Program-made: the position numbers and the translations under genes
Notes under the pieces: generated by a model
What the model was told of the DNA's origin: nothing
Database searches by the model: none
Seen by the model: the letters and a program-made list of their open reading frames with translations, nothing else
From: Pseudomonadota bacterium
Lineage (GTDB): Bacteria > Pseudomonadota > Alphaproteobacteria > Rhizobiales > Amorphaceae
DNA length: 64,000 bases
Reading direction: 5' to 3'
NCBI GenBank assembly: GCA_038745295.1
Contig: JBCDLN010000001.1
Span: 4,572 to 68,571, forward strand
In this document: positions 30,979-40,463 of the stretch, piece after piece
How positions within the stretch are numbered: position 1 is the first letter of the stretch
Layout of the letters: each line of letters opens with the position of its first letter

Positions 30979-32084
30979 GGGCGCCTCCCACACTCGCTTT
31001 GGAGGGCTCCCATCAGCCGTGTCTGAAAGGCAGAGAAGCGGAATTCGTCCGCCCAGCGGGCCGCCGCCCCGCGCCCCAAAGCTTCGGCTTTGGCGGGGTT
31101 GGTCAAGAGATCCACAACACTGTGCGCCAGCATTTCGGGTTGGTTGAGATCCACATTGATGCCGCTCACACCGTCCGCATTCACATCCTGGCCCGCATCG
31201 TTTTGCGAGGCGATGACGGGGATCCCGTGGCGCATCGCTTCAATGTAGGTGAGGCCAAAGCCTTCCTTCCAGCTTGGCTGCACATAAAGCCTCGCGCGGC
31301 GCCAGAGTGCGGGCACATCGGCCTCCGGCACAAAGCCGAGCACCTCGATGTTGGCAGCGGCCGGGGATGTGGCCACAAGATCTTTCAGGATGTTTAAGCC
31401 ATCACCGCCGCCGGCAAGCAGCAACCGCGCGTCCGGGATCTGTTCGATGACTTTGGGCCAGGCCGCCACCACCTCGCGGTGCCCTTTGCGCATGTTGTCT
31501 TTGTCGACCCGCCCGAAGGTGAGCGCGACAGGCGCTGTGGGCAGCGCCTGCGGTTCCGGCGGGATGTCCTCTTCGGTGCCCAGCAGGCACACTCGCGCCT
31601 GCGGCAGCGGCCCGTGGTCGGCGGTGAAGCGGTTCAGCGTGTGGTGCGAATTGACAAGCACCAGATCGGCCTGGCGCAGCGCTGCCGCGCGGCCTGGCGT
31701 GAGCCCGTCGCCCCACACCTCAATGCCGTGCATCCAAACCGCATAGGGCCGGCGCGGCAATTTGGGGTGGGCGCGGGCGATGCCGGCGTGGTCGTAGATG
31801 AAGGCGCGGGCGGTGAGCGCGTCCCGCCACAGCCCCGCGGTGAAGCGCAGGCGGTTGCCGCCGGCTGCAGCGCCCGGTGCATCGATCATGGTCTTGTGCG
31901 TGTCGTTCAGCGCCCGCACCCACACAGGTGTACCGGCCGCCTCTAACGCGCGCACCGTGAGCCGCGCCACACGGCTGATACCGCCGCGGCCGGCCTCGGT
32001 CTGCACCGAGGCCATCACCACCTTGCCGCCCTTTGAAAGGATCAAGACGGAATCTCCCAGCGGCGCGGATTGGATCACGCCCAT
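30975..32084 (-). CDS. Family 4 (group 1) glycosyltransferase
   Basis: LYVQPSWKEGFGLTYIEAMRHGIPVIASQNDAGQDVNADGVSGINVD (EX7E motif region). Confidence 0.8.
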   Translation of the reverse strand: MGVIQSAPLGDSVLILSKGGKVVMASVQTEAGRGGISRVARLTVRALEAAGTPVWVRALNDTHKTMIDAPGAAAGGNRLRFTAGLWRDALTARAFIYDHAGIARAHPKLPRRPYAVWMHGIEVWGDGLTPGRAAALRQADLVLVNSHHTLNRFTADHGPLPQARVCLLGTEEDIPPEPQALPTAPVALTFGRVDKDNMRKGHREVVAAWPKVIEQIPDARLLLAGGGDGLNILKDLVATSPAAANIEVLGFVPEADVPALWRRARLYVQPSWKEGFGLTYIEAMRHGIPVIASQNDAGQDVNADGVSGINVDLNQPEMLAHSVVDLLTNPAKAEALGRGAAARWADEFRFSAFQTRLMGALQSECGRRP

Positions 32085-32310
32085 CGATCATCACAGGCGG
32101 TGGATGAGCGGTAGCGCGTTGGGTCAAAAGCGTCCACCAGGCCCCGGCGAGCCTGAGGGTTCGGACCTCTCAATGGCGCGCCCTGAGCGCCTTCGCGTTG
32201 ACTTTCGCCCAGACGGCCTCATAAGCGCGACGCGGTGTCGTTCAGCAGATCCCGCGCCCATTGTCCGTTTCAACCGACACGGCCAAACCTTGGTGCCCAG
32301 AACTGTTTCC

Positions 32311-33537
32311 ATGACTGTTTCCAACGACGCGCCTGAGACGCCCTATTGCCCCCGTATTGCCGTGGTGGTCAGTCATCCCATCCAACACTTTTGCCCTCAA
32401 TACACCAGTCTTGCGACCTCTGACCTTTGGGAACTGAAAGTATTCTTCGGTTCACCGCTCGGTCTGGAAGCGTATCATGACCGTAATTTTGGCCGTGAAG
32501 TCCGTTGGGGCGGTCTCGATTTATCGGGGTTTGAGCACGAATTCTTGCACGATGCGCCAATCGCATCCGGCCCCAAACTTGACGCACCCCATTTGGGGGA
32601 GCGCCTTGCAGACTATGATCCACATGTTGTGATTTCGTATGGCTATGCGCAAAAACTGCAGCGTCGGGCGCAAGATTGGGCCAAACAGAACAACAAGCTT
32701 CTTTACTATATTTCCGATGCCGAAGAGGCCCATCGTCCATCCCCGCTGAAAATACAGCTAAAGCGCGTGCTATTGCGCCAGCGCATGGCGCGGATCGATC
32801 GTTTTTTGTCGGTTGGCGACTTTAATGAATTGGTCCACCGGGGCTTTGGCGCCGCCATGGATCGCATCACGCGCATGCACTTTTCCATTGATGAGCCCCG
32901 TTATCGCGCGGCCATGGATGGCCGCACGGCGCTGCGCGCCAAGACGCGCACCGCCTTCGGGTTCGAGGCGCAAGACGTGGTGGTGGGCACGGTGGGAAAG
33001 CTCGTGCCGTGGAAACGGCAGATCGATGTGATCCGCGCTGTTGGGCAAAGCGCGCCGCAACGACAGATCAAGGCCCTCATCATCGGCAGCGGTCCTGACA
33101 TGGATGCAGCCAAGGCGGTCGCTGAGCAGGACGCGCCGGGGCGGGTTGTCTTTTCTGGCTTTGTCGATCCGGTGGAGCTTCCCGCCCTTTACGCGGCGAG
33201 TGATATCTACGCCCATGCCGCCGCGTTCGAGCCCCATTCGCTCGCCATCAGTGAGGCGGCCTATATGGGTTTGCCTCTGGTTTTGTCGGACCGCTGCGGC
33301 AGCTACGGCCCCAATGATGACCTGAGGGTGGGCGCCAATGGCTGGACCTATCCCATGGGCGATCTTCAGACCCTCATAGCCCATCTTGAGCGCTTGGCGG
33401 CCGACCCTGCCCTTTGCGCCACCTTCGGTGCCGCAAGCCACGCCTATGCTGTGAATGCGCAGGCGCGGGCCCACGGACACTTCCTCACCGAAGCGCTCAT
33501 CGCCGACGGCTTTTCCATCCCTTCCAACGCGCGGTGA
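32311..33537 (+). CDS. Group 1 (GT-B) glycosyltransferase
   Basis: IAVVVSHPIQHFCPQY at the N-terminus and DIYAHAAAFEPHSLAISEAAYMGLPLVLSDRCGSYG at the C-terminus. The start is taken at the ATG at 32311, because the longer ORF from 31798 would overlap the minus-strand GT4 gene. Confidence 0.65.
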   Translation: MTVSNDAPETPYCPRIAVVVSHPIQHFCPQYTSLATSDLWELKVFFGSPLGLEAYHDRNFGREVRWGGLDLSGFEHEFLHDAPIASGPKLDAPHLGERLADYDPHVVISYGYAQKLQRRAQDWAKQNNKLLYYISDAEEAHRPSPLKIQLKRVLLRQRMARIDRFLSVGDFNELVHRGFGAAMDRITRMHFSIDEPRYRAAMDGRTALRAKTRTAFGFEAQDVVVGTVGKLVPWKRQIDVIRAVGQSAPQRQIKALIIGSGPDMDAAKAVAEQDAPGRVVFSGFVDPVELPALYAASDIYAHAAAFEPHSLAISEAAYMGLPLVLSDRCGSYGPNDDLRVGANGWTYPMGDLQTLIAHLERLAADPALCATFGAASHAYAVNAQARAHGHFLTEALIADGFSIPSNAR

Positions 33538-33585
33538 TTGAGTGAGCGACAGTTCGGGGGTGAGACGCCTGACCCCAATCAGACC

Positions 33586-34938
33586 ATGACACGGGCGCGT
33601 GCAGTGCTGGGCAGCAGCGTCGGTATGGCGCTGGTGCGGCTGACCAATATGGGCCTTGGCTTCGCACTGTCTGTGCTTTTGGCGCGCACTTTGGGGCTGG
33701 AGGGTTTTGGCACCTATGCGTTCGCCTTCGCGATCGCGGGCCTCATGGGGTTTGTGACGCAGCTTGGGCTGCCGGTGCTGATCGTGCGTGAGAGCGCGCG
33801 GGCGCTGGCCGGTGACCCTCAGGGGGCGGGGGCAGGGCGCTTTGTGGCCATCGCGTCTTGGTCGGCCATGGTGGTGGCGGTCGCCGCAGCCCTTCTTCTG
33901 GCCGGCACGCTGCTCGTCGCACTTGGCCTTTCGGTGTCCATGCTAGATGGGGGGGCTTGGATGCTCCCGCTCGCCGCCGTGCTTGCCACCATGATGGGTT
34001 TCATGGCGGCGGGTGGGGCGCTGCTCAACGGACAAACCAAGCCCCTCAAAGGCTCTGTTGCCGATGGGGCGTTGCGCCCTTTTGTGTTTTTGGTGCTGGT
34101 TTGGGCGAGTGCGAGCACGCTCACTCCGCAAAGCGCTATGGCGGCCCATGTGATGGCGGCCCTTTGTGGCGCGGTGCTCGTCTGGGGGCTGTCAGCGCCT
34201 GCGCTGCTGCGCGCCAGGGCCGTTTCCACGACACAAGAGCGGCGCTGGATGAGCCGGACGTGGATCCAAAGCCTTATTCCGTTTTCGCTCAACACCGGCC
34301 TGAGGGTCCTCAACTCGCGGCTTGATGTGTTGATGGTGGGCCTGCTGGTGGGGCCTGCCGAGGTGGCGCTTTACGCGGTGGCCAACCAGTTGGCGAACTT
34401 TGGGGTCATGGGCCAGACCATCGTCAACGCCCAAGCCGCGCCCCGTCTTGCCGCGGCCCTCGCACGGGATGACAAACCGAGCGCGCAGCACGCTGTCTCG
34501 CTGTGCGCGCTGGCGGCGGGTACGATCGGGCTCGCCATTTTGGGCGGTGTTGTACTGGTCGGCGCACCTATCTTGCGCCTTGCCTTTGGGGAAGCGTTCG
34601 CTTCGGCCTTTGGCGTTCTGGTCATCCTGGCCTTGGTGCAGGCCATCACCAGCGCCATGGGGCCGACAGCGCTGACGCTGAACATGGCGGGGCTGGAGCG
34701 TTTGACGTTGCGTGTCAGTGCGATTTCGGTTGGCGTGAACGCTGTCCTCAACATTCCGCTGGTGCTGGCGTTTGGAGCGGAAGGGGCGGCACTGTCGCTT
34801 CTCATTGCCGTGGCGGTCGGTCAGACCCTGATGATGCGTTATGCGGCGCAGCGTACCGGGCTCACCACTCATGTGGTTTTCGCGCTCCGCTCGGCGCGTG
34901 TGCGGCACGATCTACGGCGCATCTTATGGCGATCCTGA
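33586..34938 (+). CDS. Wzx-like oligosaccharide flippase (polysaccharide biosynthesis protein, MOP superfamily)
   Basis: About 450 aa with 12-14 hydrophobic segments. The N-terminal GSSVGMALVRLTNMGLGFALSVLLARTLGLEGFGTYAFAFAIAGL is typical of Wzx/RfbX-type proteins. Confidence 0.7.
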   Translation: MTRARAVLGSSVGMALVRLTNMGLGFALSVLLARTLGLEGFGTYAFAFAIAGLMGFVTQLGLPVLIVRESARALAGDPQGAGAGRFVAIASWSAMVVAVAAALLLAGTLLVALGLSVSMLDGGAWMLPLAAVLATMMGFMAAGGALLNGQTKPLKGSVADGALRPFVFLVLVWASASTLTPQSAMAAHVMAALCGAVLVWGLSAPALLRARAVSTTQERRWMSRTWIQSLIPFSLNTGLRVLNSRLDVLMVGLLVGPAEVALYAVANQLANFGVMGQTIVNAQAAPRLAAALARDDKPSAQHAVSLCALAAGTIGLAILGGVVLVGAPILRLAFGEAFASAFGVLVILALVQAITSAMGPTALTLNMAGLERLTLRVSAISVGVNAVLNIPLVLAFGAEGAALSLLIAVAVGQTLMMRYAAQRTGLTTHVVFALRSARVRHDLRRILWRS

Positions 34939-35438
34939 ACCGGCCGCGATGGGGTGCGTGAGGCGCGTTGCCCGCACCAAGTATTGCAACTTGAAATGGC
35001 GGTTCTCTCGTGAGGACTTGGTGCGGCTTTTTTCAGGTTAGGCTTTGATTTTCCGCCGAAATCTCAATTGAATTGGCCGAGGGAGTATACCGCACTCCGG
35101 TTGAGCCCGCTGGCGTTGTTCGTTGCTGATCATCATCATGCGATGACCCTCTTTCGCCTCCCTTTGATCCGTCTTTATTGGCGTTCATGCCCAGCATCAA
35201 TCGCTGGAATGGATGTTTAGTGATCAAGATCACATCCTTTATCATAGATAATCTTATCCATAATGAAAGGTTTGATCTTTAATGAATGAATATTCATGAA
35301 CAAAAAATTACAATTAGCAACTTGCAAGGCGTGGTGATCGACGATTTAAATATTTATCTTTGAGAAGAAGTGCTTGATGAGCGCCGTTCGCAAGATCCAA
35401 CATCATTGTGAGGCTCATTTAAAATTCGCTATGATGAA

Positions 35439-37601
35439 GTGAGGATTACGACTGTGAGCAATTTTAACGATCCAACTGTTCAGGTCAAAGTCAACTCTGG
35501 CTATATCGATACTGGCGATCGAGCCAAAACCTATGTCTTCGACGAGGATGGACCCGGTTCCTTCCGGGTCATTGGCACCAGCGATGTCAAAGATGTTTTG
35601 AACGAGATTGCGGCGACCAACGACGGCAAAACCCAGTGGGGCGAAGACAACAATGGTGACGGCGAGGGCCGCCGGGACATCAACCTGTTCGATGACAATG
35701 GCAATGCGTCCGACGATTTCGTCGCGCTGCTGAGAGAGGCGTTCGAGGGCGATCAGGGCATCACCGTCGTTCCGGACAGCATCGAAAACGGCACGATCAC
35801 GCTCGCGATTGCCGGTCAGAAGTCCACCGACCTTCTCGTTTTTGACGGCGATTACGTCAACGACGCGTTCGCGCAAGTGAAGAATGATCTGCCGATCGAT
35901 GTTCTGAAGGCACTCGCCGTGGAGGATCCAAGCGGGTACGCCGAGATGTTCGGCAGCAGCTTTGTCGACATGGGTGATGGGCGCTCAAAAATTGGCGTTT
36001 ATGAATTCAGTGAAGATGTCAACGATTCCTTTTACTGGAGTCACGACAAGCACCTCAATGAGGATGTGTATTCCCTGTTTGATCGGGTGAATAACCAGTT
36101 CCAAGATGAAGATGCTGTCGCCTTGGTGAAAGCGGCGCTCGCCGAGAAATGCGGGATCGCCGATTATGAGGGCCTGGAGTACCGCAGTGACGATGGTCAG
36201 GCGATTGTCATCGACCTCACCACAAAAGGCGGAAACATCGACACCATTGTGCTCCACGGGTCGGAGATTGAGGCCGCCATTGCGGACTTCGAAGACACCT
36301 TTGCGGGCAACCATGAGGGTGGCAACGTCTTTGAGGTAACGGCGCTGGAACTGGCCGCGCTCAATTCCATCGACGGGGAGGCCGGCTGCGACACGGTCAA
36401 GCTGATCGAAGGGGGCACTTTCGACTTCACTAACGTGACGCTGAACAGCATCGAGGCGATCACCACCGATGGCGCCAACGCTGAACTGGTGCTCACAAGC
36501 GGCGCGCAGGCGATGCTGGTCCAAAGCGCCGATGGCGACAACGACACTGCGGTGCTCGACTACGCTCCGATTGTCTTTGAAGAGATTTTGTCGCTTCTCA
36601 CCAGTGGCATTGAGACCGTCACCTTCGGCGCGGGCGAGGGGCCGTTCAACACCGCAACGCTCATTGACGACGGTCAGACGGTGAAGATTGTCGGCGATGA
36701 CAGTGAGTTTGACGTGTTCGGCTTCACCAGCCGGGCGGAGTATGTGGATGTGGCGAGTGGTGTGGTCCGGCAACGGACCACGGAGCTTGATGATGGCTCA
36801 ACCCGCGTCATCAACTATGACGCTGAAGGTGTGATCACGGACCTCACTGTGACTGATGATCCGGACGGAAACCTTCCGATCACCAGTATCTCTGAGCTCT
36901 TCACCGATGGTATTATCGCATCCCGCGAGATTATCTATGACGATGGGACCCGCGATGTGCGCACGTTCGATGAGAACGGCAAGCTCATTCAATTGGTGTC
37001 GCACGACGGTGCGGACGGCACGGCTGAGGATTACTTCGAGTACAAGACAAAAACACTGGAGTTTGACAGTGAAGCCGGCACTCGGCTGAAAAACACATTC
37101 ATCTTCGATGATGATAGCGACACAGTCAGCGTTGTGCGCACACTGGATCAAGAGAATCCGGGTCATTATACGGAGGTGACCACGTTCGTTGATGGTTCCA
37201 CGCTCACCGTTGAGGCGGGGCACAGCACCGGTCCGCTTCTGAAAACCCTGATGTTCGCCGACGGTGATCAGCAGATCGTGGGTTTTGACGGCGAACAGAT
37301 CATCCAAGGTGGCGCCGGCGACGACACCATGACCGGCGGCGAAGGCAACGACACCTTTGTGGGCCTGAAAGACAACGGCAATGACGTCATCACCGACTTT
37401 AACGCCGCTGGGAATGATCTGTTGGATCTGACGCTGCTTGGCGTGGACAGTCTGGCTGACTTGACCGACGCGGGGGCCATCCGCCAGGAGGGCGCGGACG
37501 TGGTGATTGATTTTGGCGATTTGTCGGGTGATGCGAGCGGCGAGATTGTGCTGCAAAACACCAACCTTGCCAGTCTCAGCGACGACGATTTCCTGATCTG
37601 A
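35439..37601 (+). CDS. Large acidic secreted protein with C-terminal RTX (hemolysin-type calcium-binding) repeats; probable type I secretion substrate
   Basis: QGGAGDDTMTGGEGNDTFVG nonapeptide repeats are followed by the tail ITDFNAAGNDLLDL...DDDFLI. It is very Asp/Glu-rich and has no Cys-rich or enzymatic motif that I recognise. An alternative GTG start at 35454 follows an AGGA. Confidence 0.7.
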   Translation: MRITTVSNFNDPTVQVKVNSGYIDTGDRAKTYVFDEDGPGSFRVIGTSDVKDVLNEIAATNDGKTQWGEDNNGDGEGRRDINLFDDNGNASDDFVALLREAFEGDQGITVVPDSIENGTITLAIAGQKSTDLLVFDGDYVNDAFAQVKNDLPIDVLKALAVEDPSGYAEMFGSSFVDMGDGRSKIGVYEFSEDVNDSFYWSHDKHLNEDVYSLFDRVNNQFQDEDAVALVKAALAEKCGIADYEGLEYRSDDGQAIVIDLTTKGGNIDTIVLHGSEIEAAIADFEDTFAGNHEGGNVFEVTALELAALNSIDGEAGCDTVKLIEGGTFDFTNVTLNSIEAITTDGANAELVLTSGAQAMLVQSADGDNDTAVLDYAPIVFEEILSLLTSGIETVTFGAGEGPFNTATLIDDGQTVKIVGDDSEFDVFGFTSRAEYVDVASGVVRQRTTELDDGSTRVINYDAEGVITDLTVTDDPDGNLPITSISELFTDGIIASREIIYDDGTRDVRTFDENGKLIQLVSHDGADGTAEDYFEYKTKTLEFDSEAGTRLKNTFIFDDDSDTVSVVRTLDQENPGHYTEVTTFVDGSTLTVEAGHSTGPLLKTLMFADGDQQIVGFDGEQIIQGGAGDDTMTGGEGNDTFVGLKDNGNDVITDFNAAGNDLLDLTLLGVDSLADLTDAGAIRQEGADVVIDFGDLSGDASGEIVLQNTNLASLSDDDFLI

Positions 37602-37630
37602 CGGGGTGTGCCTCGGCAACAGGCAAACAA

Positions 37631-37673
37631 AAGGGGTGTGCGGCCCGGTAAAGTGGGACGCACACCCCTTTTT
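37631..37673. terminator. Bidirectional rho-independent terminator between convergent RTX genes
   Basis: AAGGGGTGTGCG (37631-37642) pairs with CGCACACCCCTT (37659-37670). It is preceded by an A-rich run (caaacaaaa) and followed by TTT, and sits between the stops at 37601 (+) and 37727 (-). Confidence 0.8.
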
Positions 37674-37726
37674 AGTTTGTCTGTCTCGGTGCGCTGACTG
37701 ATGTGAGACGCGCGGCCGTCAGATCA

Positions 37727-38668
37727 TCAGAAGATAATGAAGTCGGATTCTTGGAGGCCAACAAAGTTTTCGACGAGAATACTGGTTGTATCACCATTGA
37801 ACGTCACGAGTGAGTTGACGCCATTGTCGAGGATGTTGATGTCGGCAAATCCATTGGCGAGGGCGAGAAAGCTGACTTTGATGCGGTCTTCGCCGGATGT
37901 GAAATCGACGATCGTGTCCGCGCCGCTGTTGGCCTGCATCACGAAGATATCGTCGCCTTCTCCACCGCGCAGGACGTCGTCGCCGAGTTCACCAATCACC
38001 CGGTCGTCACCCATGCTTCCGTCGAGAGTGTCATTGCCTCTCTCTCCGACGACACGGTCGTTGCCTTCGCCGCCGATGAGAATATAGTCGCCAGCTCGGC
38101 CCGCGAGGGTATCTGCTGCATCGCTGCCGAGGATCACATCGCGGCCGAACGTGCCGATGGTCAAACCACCCGTGTCCGGCGCGACGTCGGTGTAGGTGCG
38201 GAAGAAGTTCTCGATGCCGAGCGGGCCATCAGCGCCCAGCCCCAAAAGCGTCACGCTCGTCCCAGCGAACGATACGACAAGGTCGTCGCCCTGCACCACT
38301 TGGTTGATTGAGCTCAACAGAAGGGGAACGGGGGAGGTAATTGTCCCAAAGTTGAGAAGGTCACCGCTCAAGCCGCGCTGAAAGTCGGTGATGGTGTCAT
38401 TGCCTTCGTTGGCGCCGAAGCGGAATTGGTCAATGCCAGCCCCGCCAGTCATTTCGTCGTCGCCTTCGCCACCCAAGAGGGTGTCGTTGTCGTCATTGCC
38501 GAAAATCGTGTCGTTGTCGCCCTGGCCCAGAAGGAAGTCGCAGCCGGCATCGCCAAACAGTTGATCGTTACCGTCGTTACCGCGCAGGACGTCATCAAAA
38601 ATGGTGCCGAGCAGGGTGTCGTTCCCCGGTGTGCCCCTGTCGTCGATGCCTATAATCCCTGTCGACAT
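37727..38668 (-). CDS. RTX calcium-binding repeat protein (probable type I secretion substrate)
   Basis: [67 protein letters not shown], a second repeat block [42 protein letters not shown], and the tail [13 protein letters not shown]...ESDFIIF. Confidence 0.8.
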   Translation of the reverse strand: MSTGIIGIDDRGTPGNDTLLGTIFDDVLRGNDGNDQLFGDAGCDFLLGQGDNDTIFGNDDNDTLLGGEGDDEMTGGAGIDQFRFGANEGNDTITDFQRGLSGDLLNFGTITSPVPLLLSSINQVVQGDDLVVSFAGTSVTLLGLGADGPLGIENFFRTYTDVAPDTGGLTIGTFGRDVILGSDAADTLAGRAGDYILIGGEGNDRVVGERGNDTLDGSMGDDRVIGELGDDVLRGGEGDDIFVMQANSGADTIVDFTSGEDRIKVSFLALANGFADINILDNGVNSLVTFNGDTTSILVENFVGLQESDFIIF

Positions 38669-39267
38669 TATCCCATCCTCACTTCTGACTGTTTCCAGGA
38701 TTGTCGGGGTTTGTCGTCGCCATGCCCCAGTCCTGTATCCGAGCGTCGGTTCGCAGTTTCCCTGTCATGGCAACTTCCGCCCACAACGCCCGAGGGCATA
38801 TGACGCCGACGCGGCCACACTTTGTTTAAGGTTTGCCTTAACGTGCTCGCTGTTGCAAGAATTTTGGCCGGAACGGTCAAGGTTATGGGGGGATGGCTCT
38901 TGAACGTGTTGGCCGTGCTGCGAGGGGGAGTGTCTGCCGCTCGGCGACGGCGGATCCGGAGCGCTGGGCCGGCCGTGCGTTGTGTGTCTTTGCGTTCAAT
39001 TCGCTAAAGCTCTGGATTAATTTTGTATGGCGCGCTCAATAAACGCTTGCCGCGTTGGACGGTTCTCGGACTGACAGTGCTGAGCGTGAGAGCGTGAACG
39101 GTCTGATCGGGCCGCCCCACAGCGGACATAGAATGGCCTCAGAGCCTGCGAGTACGTGCCGCGTTGGATTGAGCTCTGTGCTGTCAGCTCAAAGAGAATA
39201 GCGTGTCGTCTGGGTCTCTGGAGATCCAGGGTTTTCTGGGGTGTGGGCCCGATCTTGGGTCCGGGCT

Positions 39268-40245
39268 TTAGATGAGAATGCGCTCCACCTCATCGAGGCT
39301 GATCTCGTCGGCCCGGCGGTCATAAAGCTGCGTGGTGCGGGTGGAGGCGTGGTTTGCCATCTGCGCGGCCTTCTCCAGCGTTCCGTCGTTTTTGAGGTAC
39401 GCGGTGATGCCGGTGGCGCGAAAGGTGTGGCAGCCGATGGGCGTTTGGATGCCGGCCTGCCGCGCCCGTCGCCGGATCATCGCCCACACATTCGCCTGGG
39501 GGAGGGGGCGGGCGGACAGTTGTTTGGTGTGCCGGTCGATGGTGCGGAAGACATAAGACTTGCGCTCGTCCCAGAGGCTGCAGCCATCCAGATAGTCATA
39601 CAAAAAGGCTTCCAGCGTGTGGTGGCAGGGCACGTCATGCCGCTTGCCGCCCTTTTCGTGGAGCCGGACCCAAAGCCGCCGGTTCTGGGTGTAGATGTCT
39701 TCCACTTTCAGCGAGAGCGCGGCGCCCACGCGGGCGAAGGAATAAACCATCAGCCCGATGAGGGCGCGGTCGCGCAGACCGACCGGTTTTGATGTGTTGA
39801 TGGCGTCCAGCAGCTGCCGCGCCTCGGCCGGTTCCAGCACGGGGGTTTTGCCGCGCCGCACGATGTGTTTGGGGCCGCGCACGGACGCGGCCGGGTTGGT
39901 GGGCACCACCTGGCCGACGACGAGCCAGTCAAACAGCGCGCGGATCCCGGCGAGCCGCTGCTTCACGGTGGGTACGGAGTGGGTCCGTCCCAGTTCCTCG
40001 ATCCAGGCTGCCACGTGGATCGGTTGGACATCGCCGAGTGTCTTCACGCTTAGCGTGTCGCACCAAGCGGCGAACTCGACCGCACTCTTTATATAAGAGC
40101 GCCGTGTGTTCGGGTTGCGGATGTGAACGGCGAAGAATTCTAAGAAGCGGTTGCGGGCGTGGTCGTCCGCTGAGGCAAACAGAGCCGGCAGGGTCGGACC
40201 GGGTTTGGCGGGGGTGATGAGGGCCTGTCCAGAGCCGTTCTTCAT
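39268..40245 (-). CDS. Tyrosine-type site-specific recombinase/integrase
   Basis: The C-terminal HTFRATGITAYLKNDGTLEKAAQMANHASTRTTQLYDRR carries the H-x-x-R ... H ... Y catalytic signature. The N-terminal SAM-like domain is RNRFLEFFAVHIRNPNTRRSYIKSAVEFAAWC. The Met at 40245 is preferred to 40272. Confidence 0.85.
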   Translation of the reverse strand: MKNGSGQALITPAKPGPTLPALFASADDHARNRFLEFFAVHIRNPNTRRSYIKSAVEFAAWCDTLSVKTLGDVQPIHVAAWIEELGRTHSVPTVKQRLAGIRALFDWLVVGQVVPTNPAASVRGPKHIVRRGKTPVLEPAEARQLLDAINTSKPVGLRDRALIGLMVYSFARVGAALSLKVEDIYTQNRRLWVRLHEKGGKRHDVPCHHTLEAFLYDYLDGCSLWDERKSYVFRTIDRHTKQLSARPLPQANVWAMIRRRARQAGIQTPIGCHTFRATGITAYLKNDGTLEKAAQMANHASTRTTQLYDRRADEISLDEVERILI

Positions 40246-40463
40246 GGCACCAAAATGGCACACTATATACATTGGATAAAGGATATTATCATATGTATTT
40301 TGCGTTCTCTTTTATGCCGGGCGCCGGGGCGGGTACCCCGACGTGGAAACCGGTATGGTCGTGGAGTGCGTCGCACCGCTCCTCGCAGCGCACCAGACGC
40401 CAATAAATCCGTCACTCCTCGTGAGATCGAGGGTGGTTTTTATGGTGTCATTCCCGCCCGACC

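Noticed and set aside
31798-32310. 5' extension of the GT gene ORF (31798-33537, 579 aa)
   Set aside because: The first 170 codons or so overlap the well-supported minus-strand GT4 gene (30975-32084) and look like shadow sequence. The recognisable GT sequence begins at the ATG at 32311.
35252-35260. DnaA-box-like TTATCCATA in the AT-rich region upstream of the RTX gene, as a possible origin
   Set aside because: It is a single imperfect box far from any replication gene. The iteron-like array at 7753-7960 is a much better origin candidate.
38669-40463. tRNA or tmRNA integration target next to the tyrosine recombinase
   Set aside because: I found no cloverleaf-compatible sequence or T-loop consensus (GGTTCGAATCC-like) on either side of the recombinase gene.
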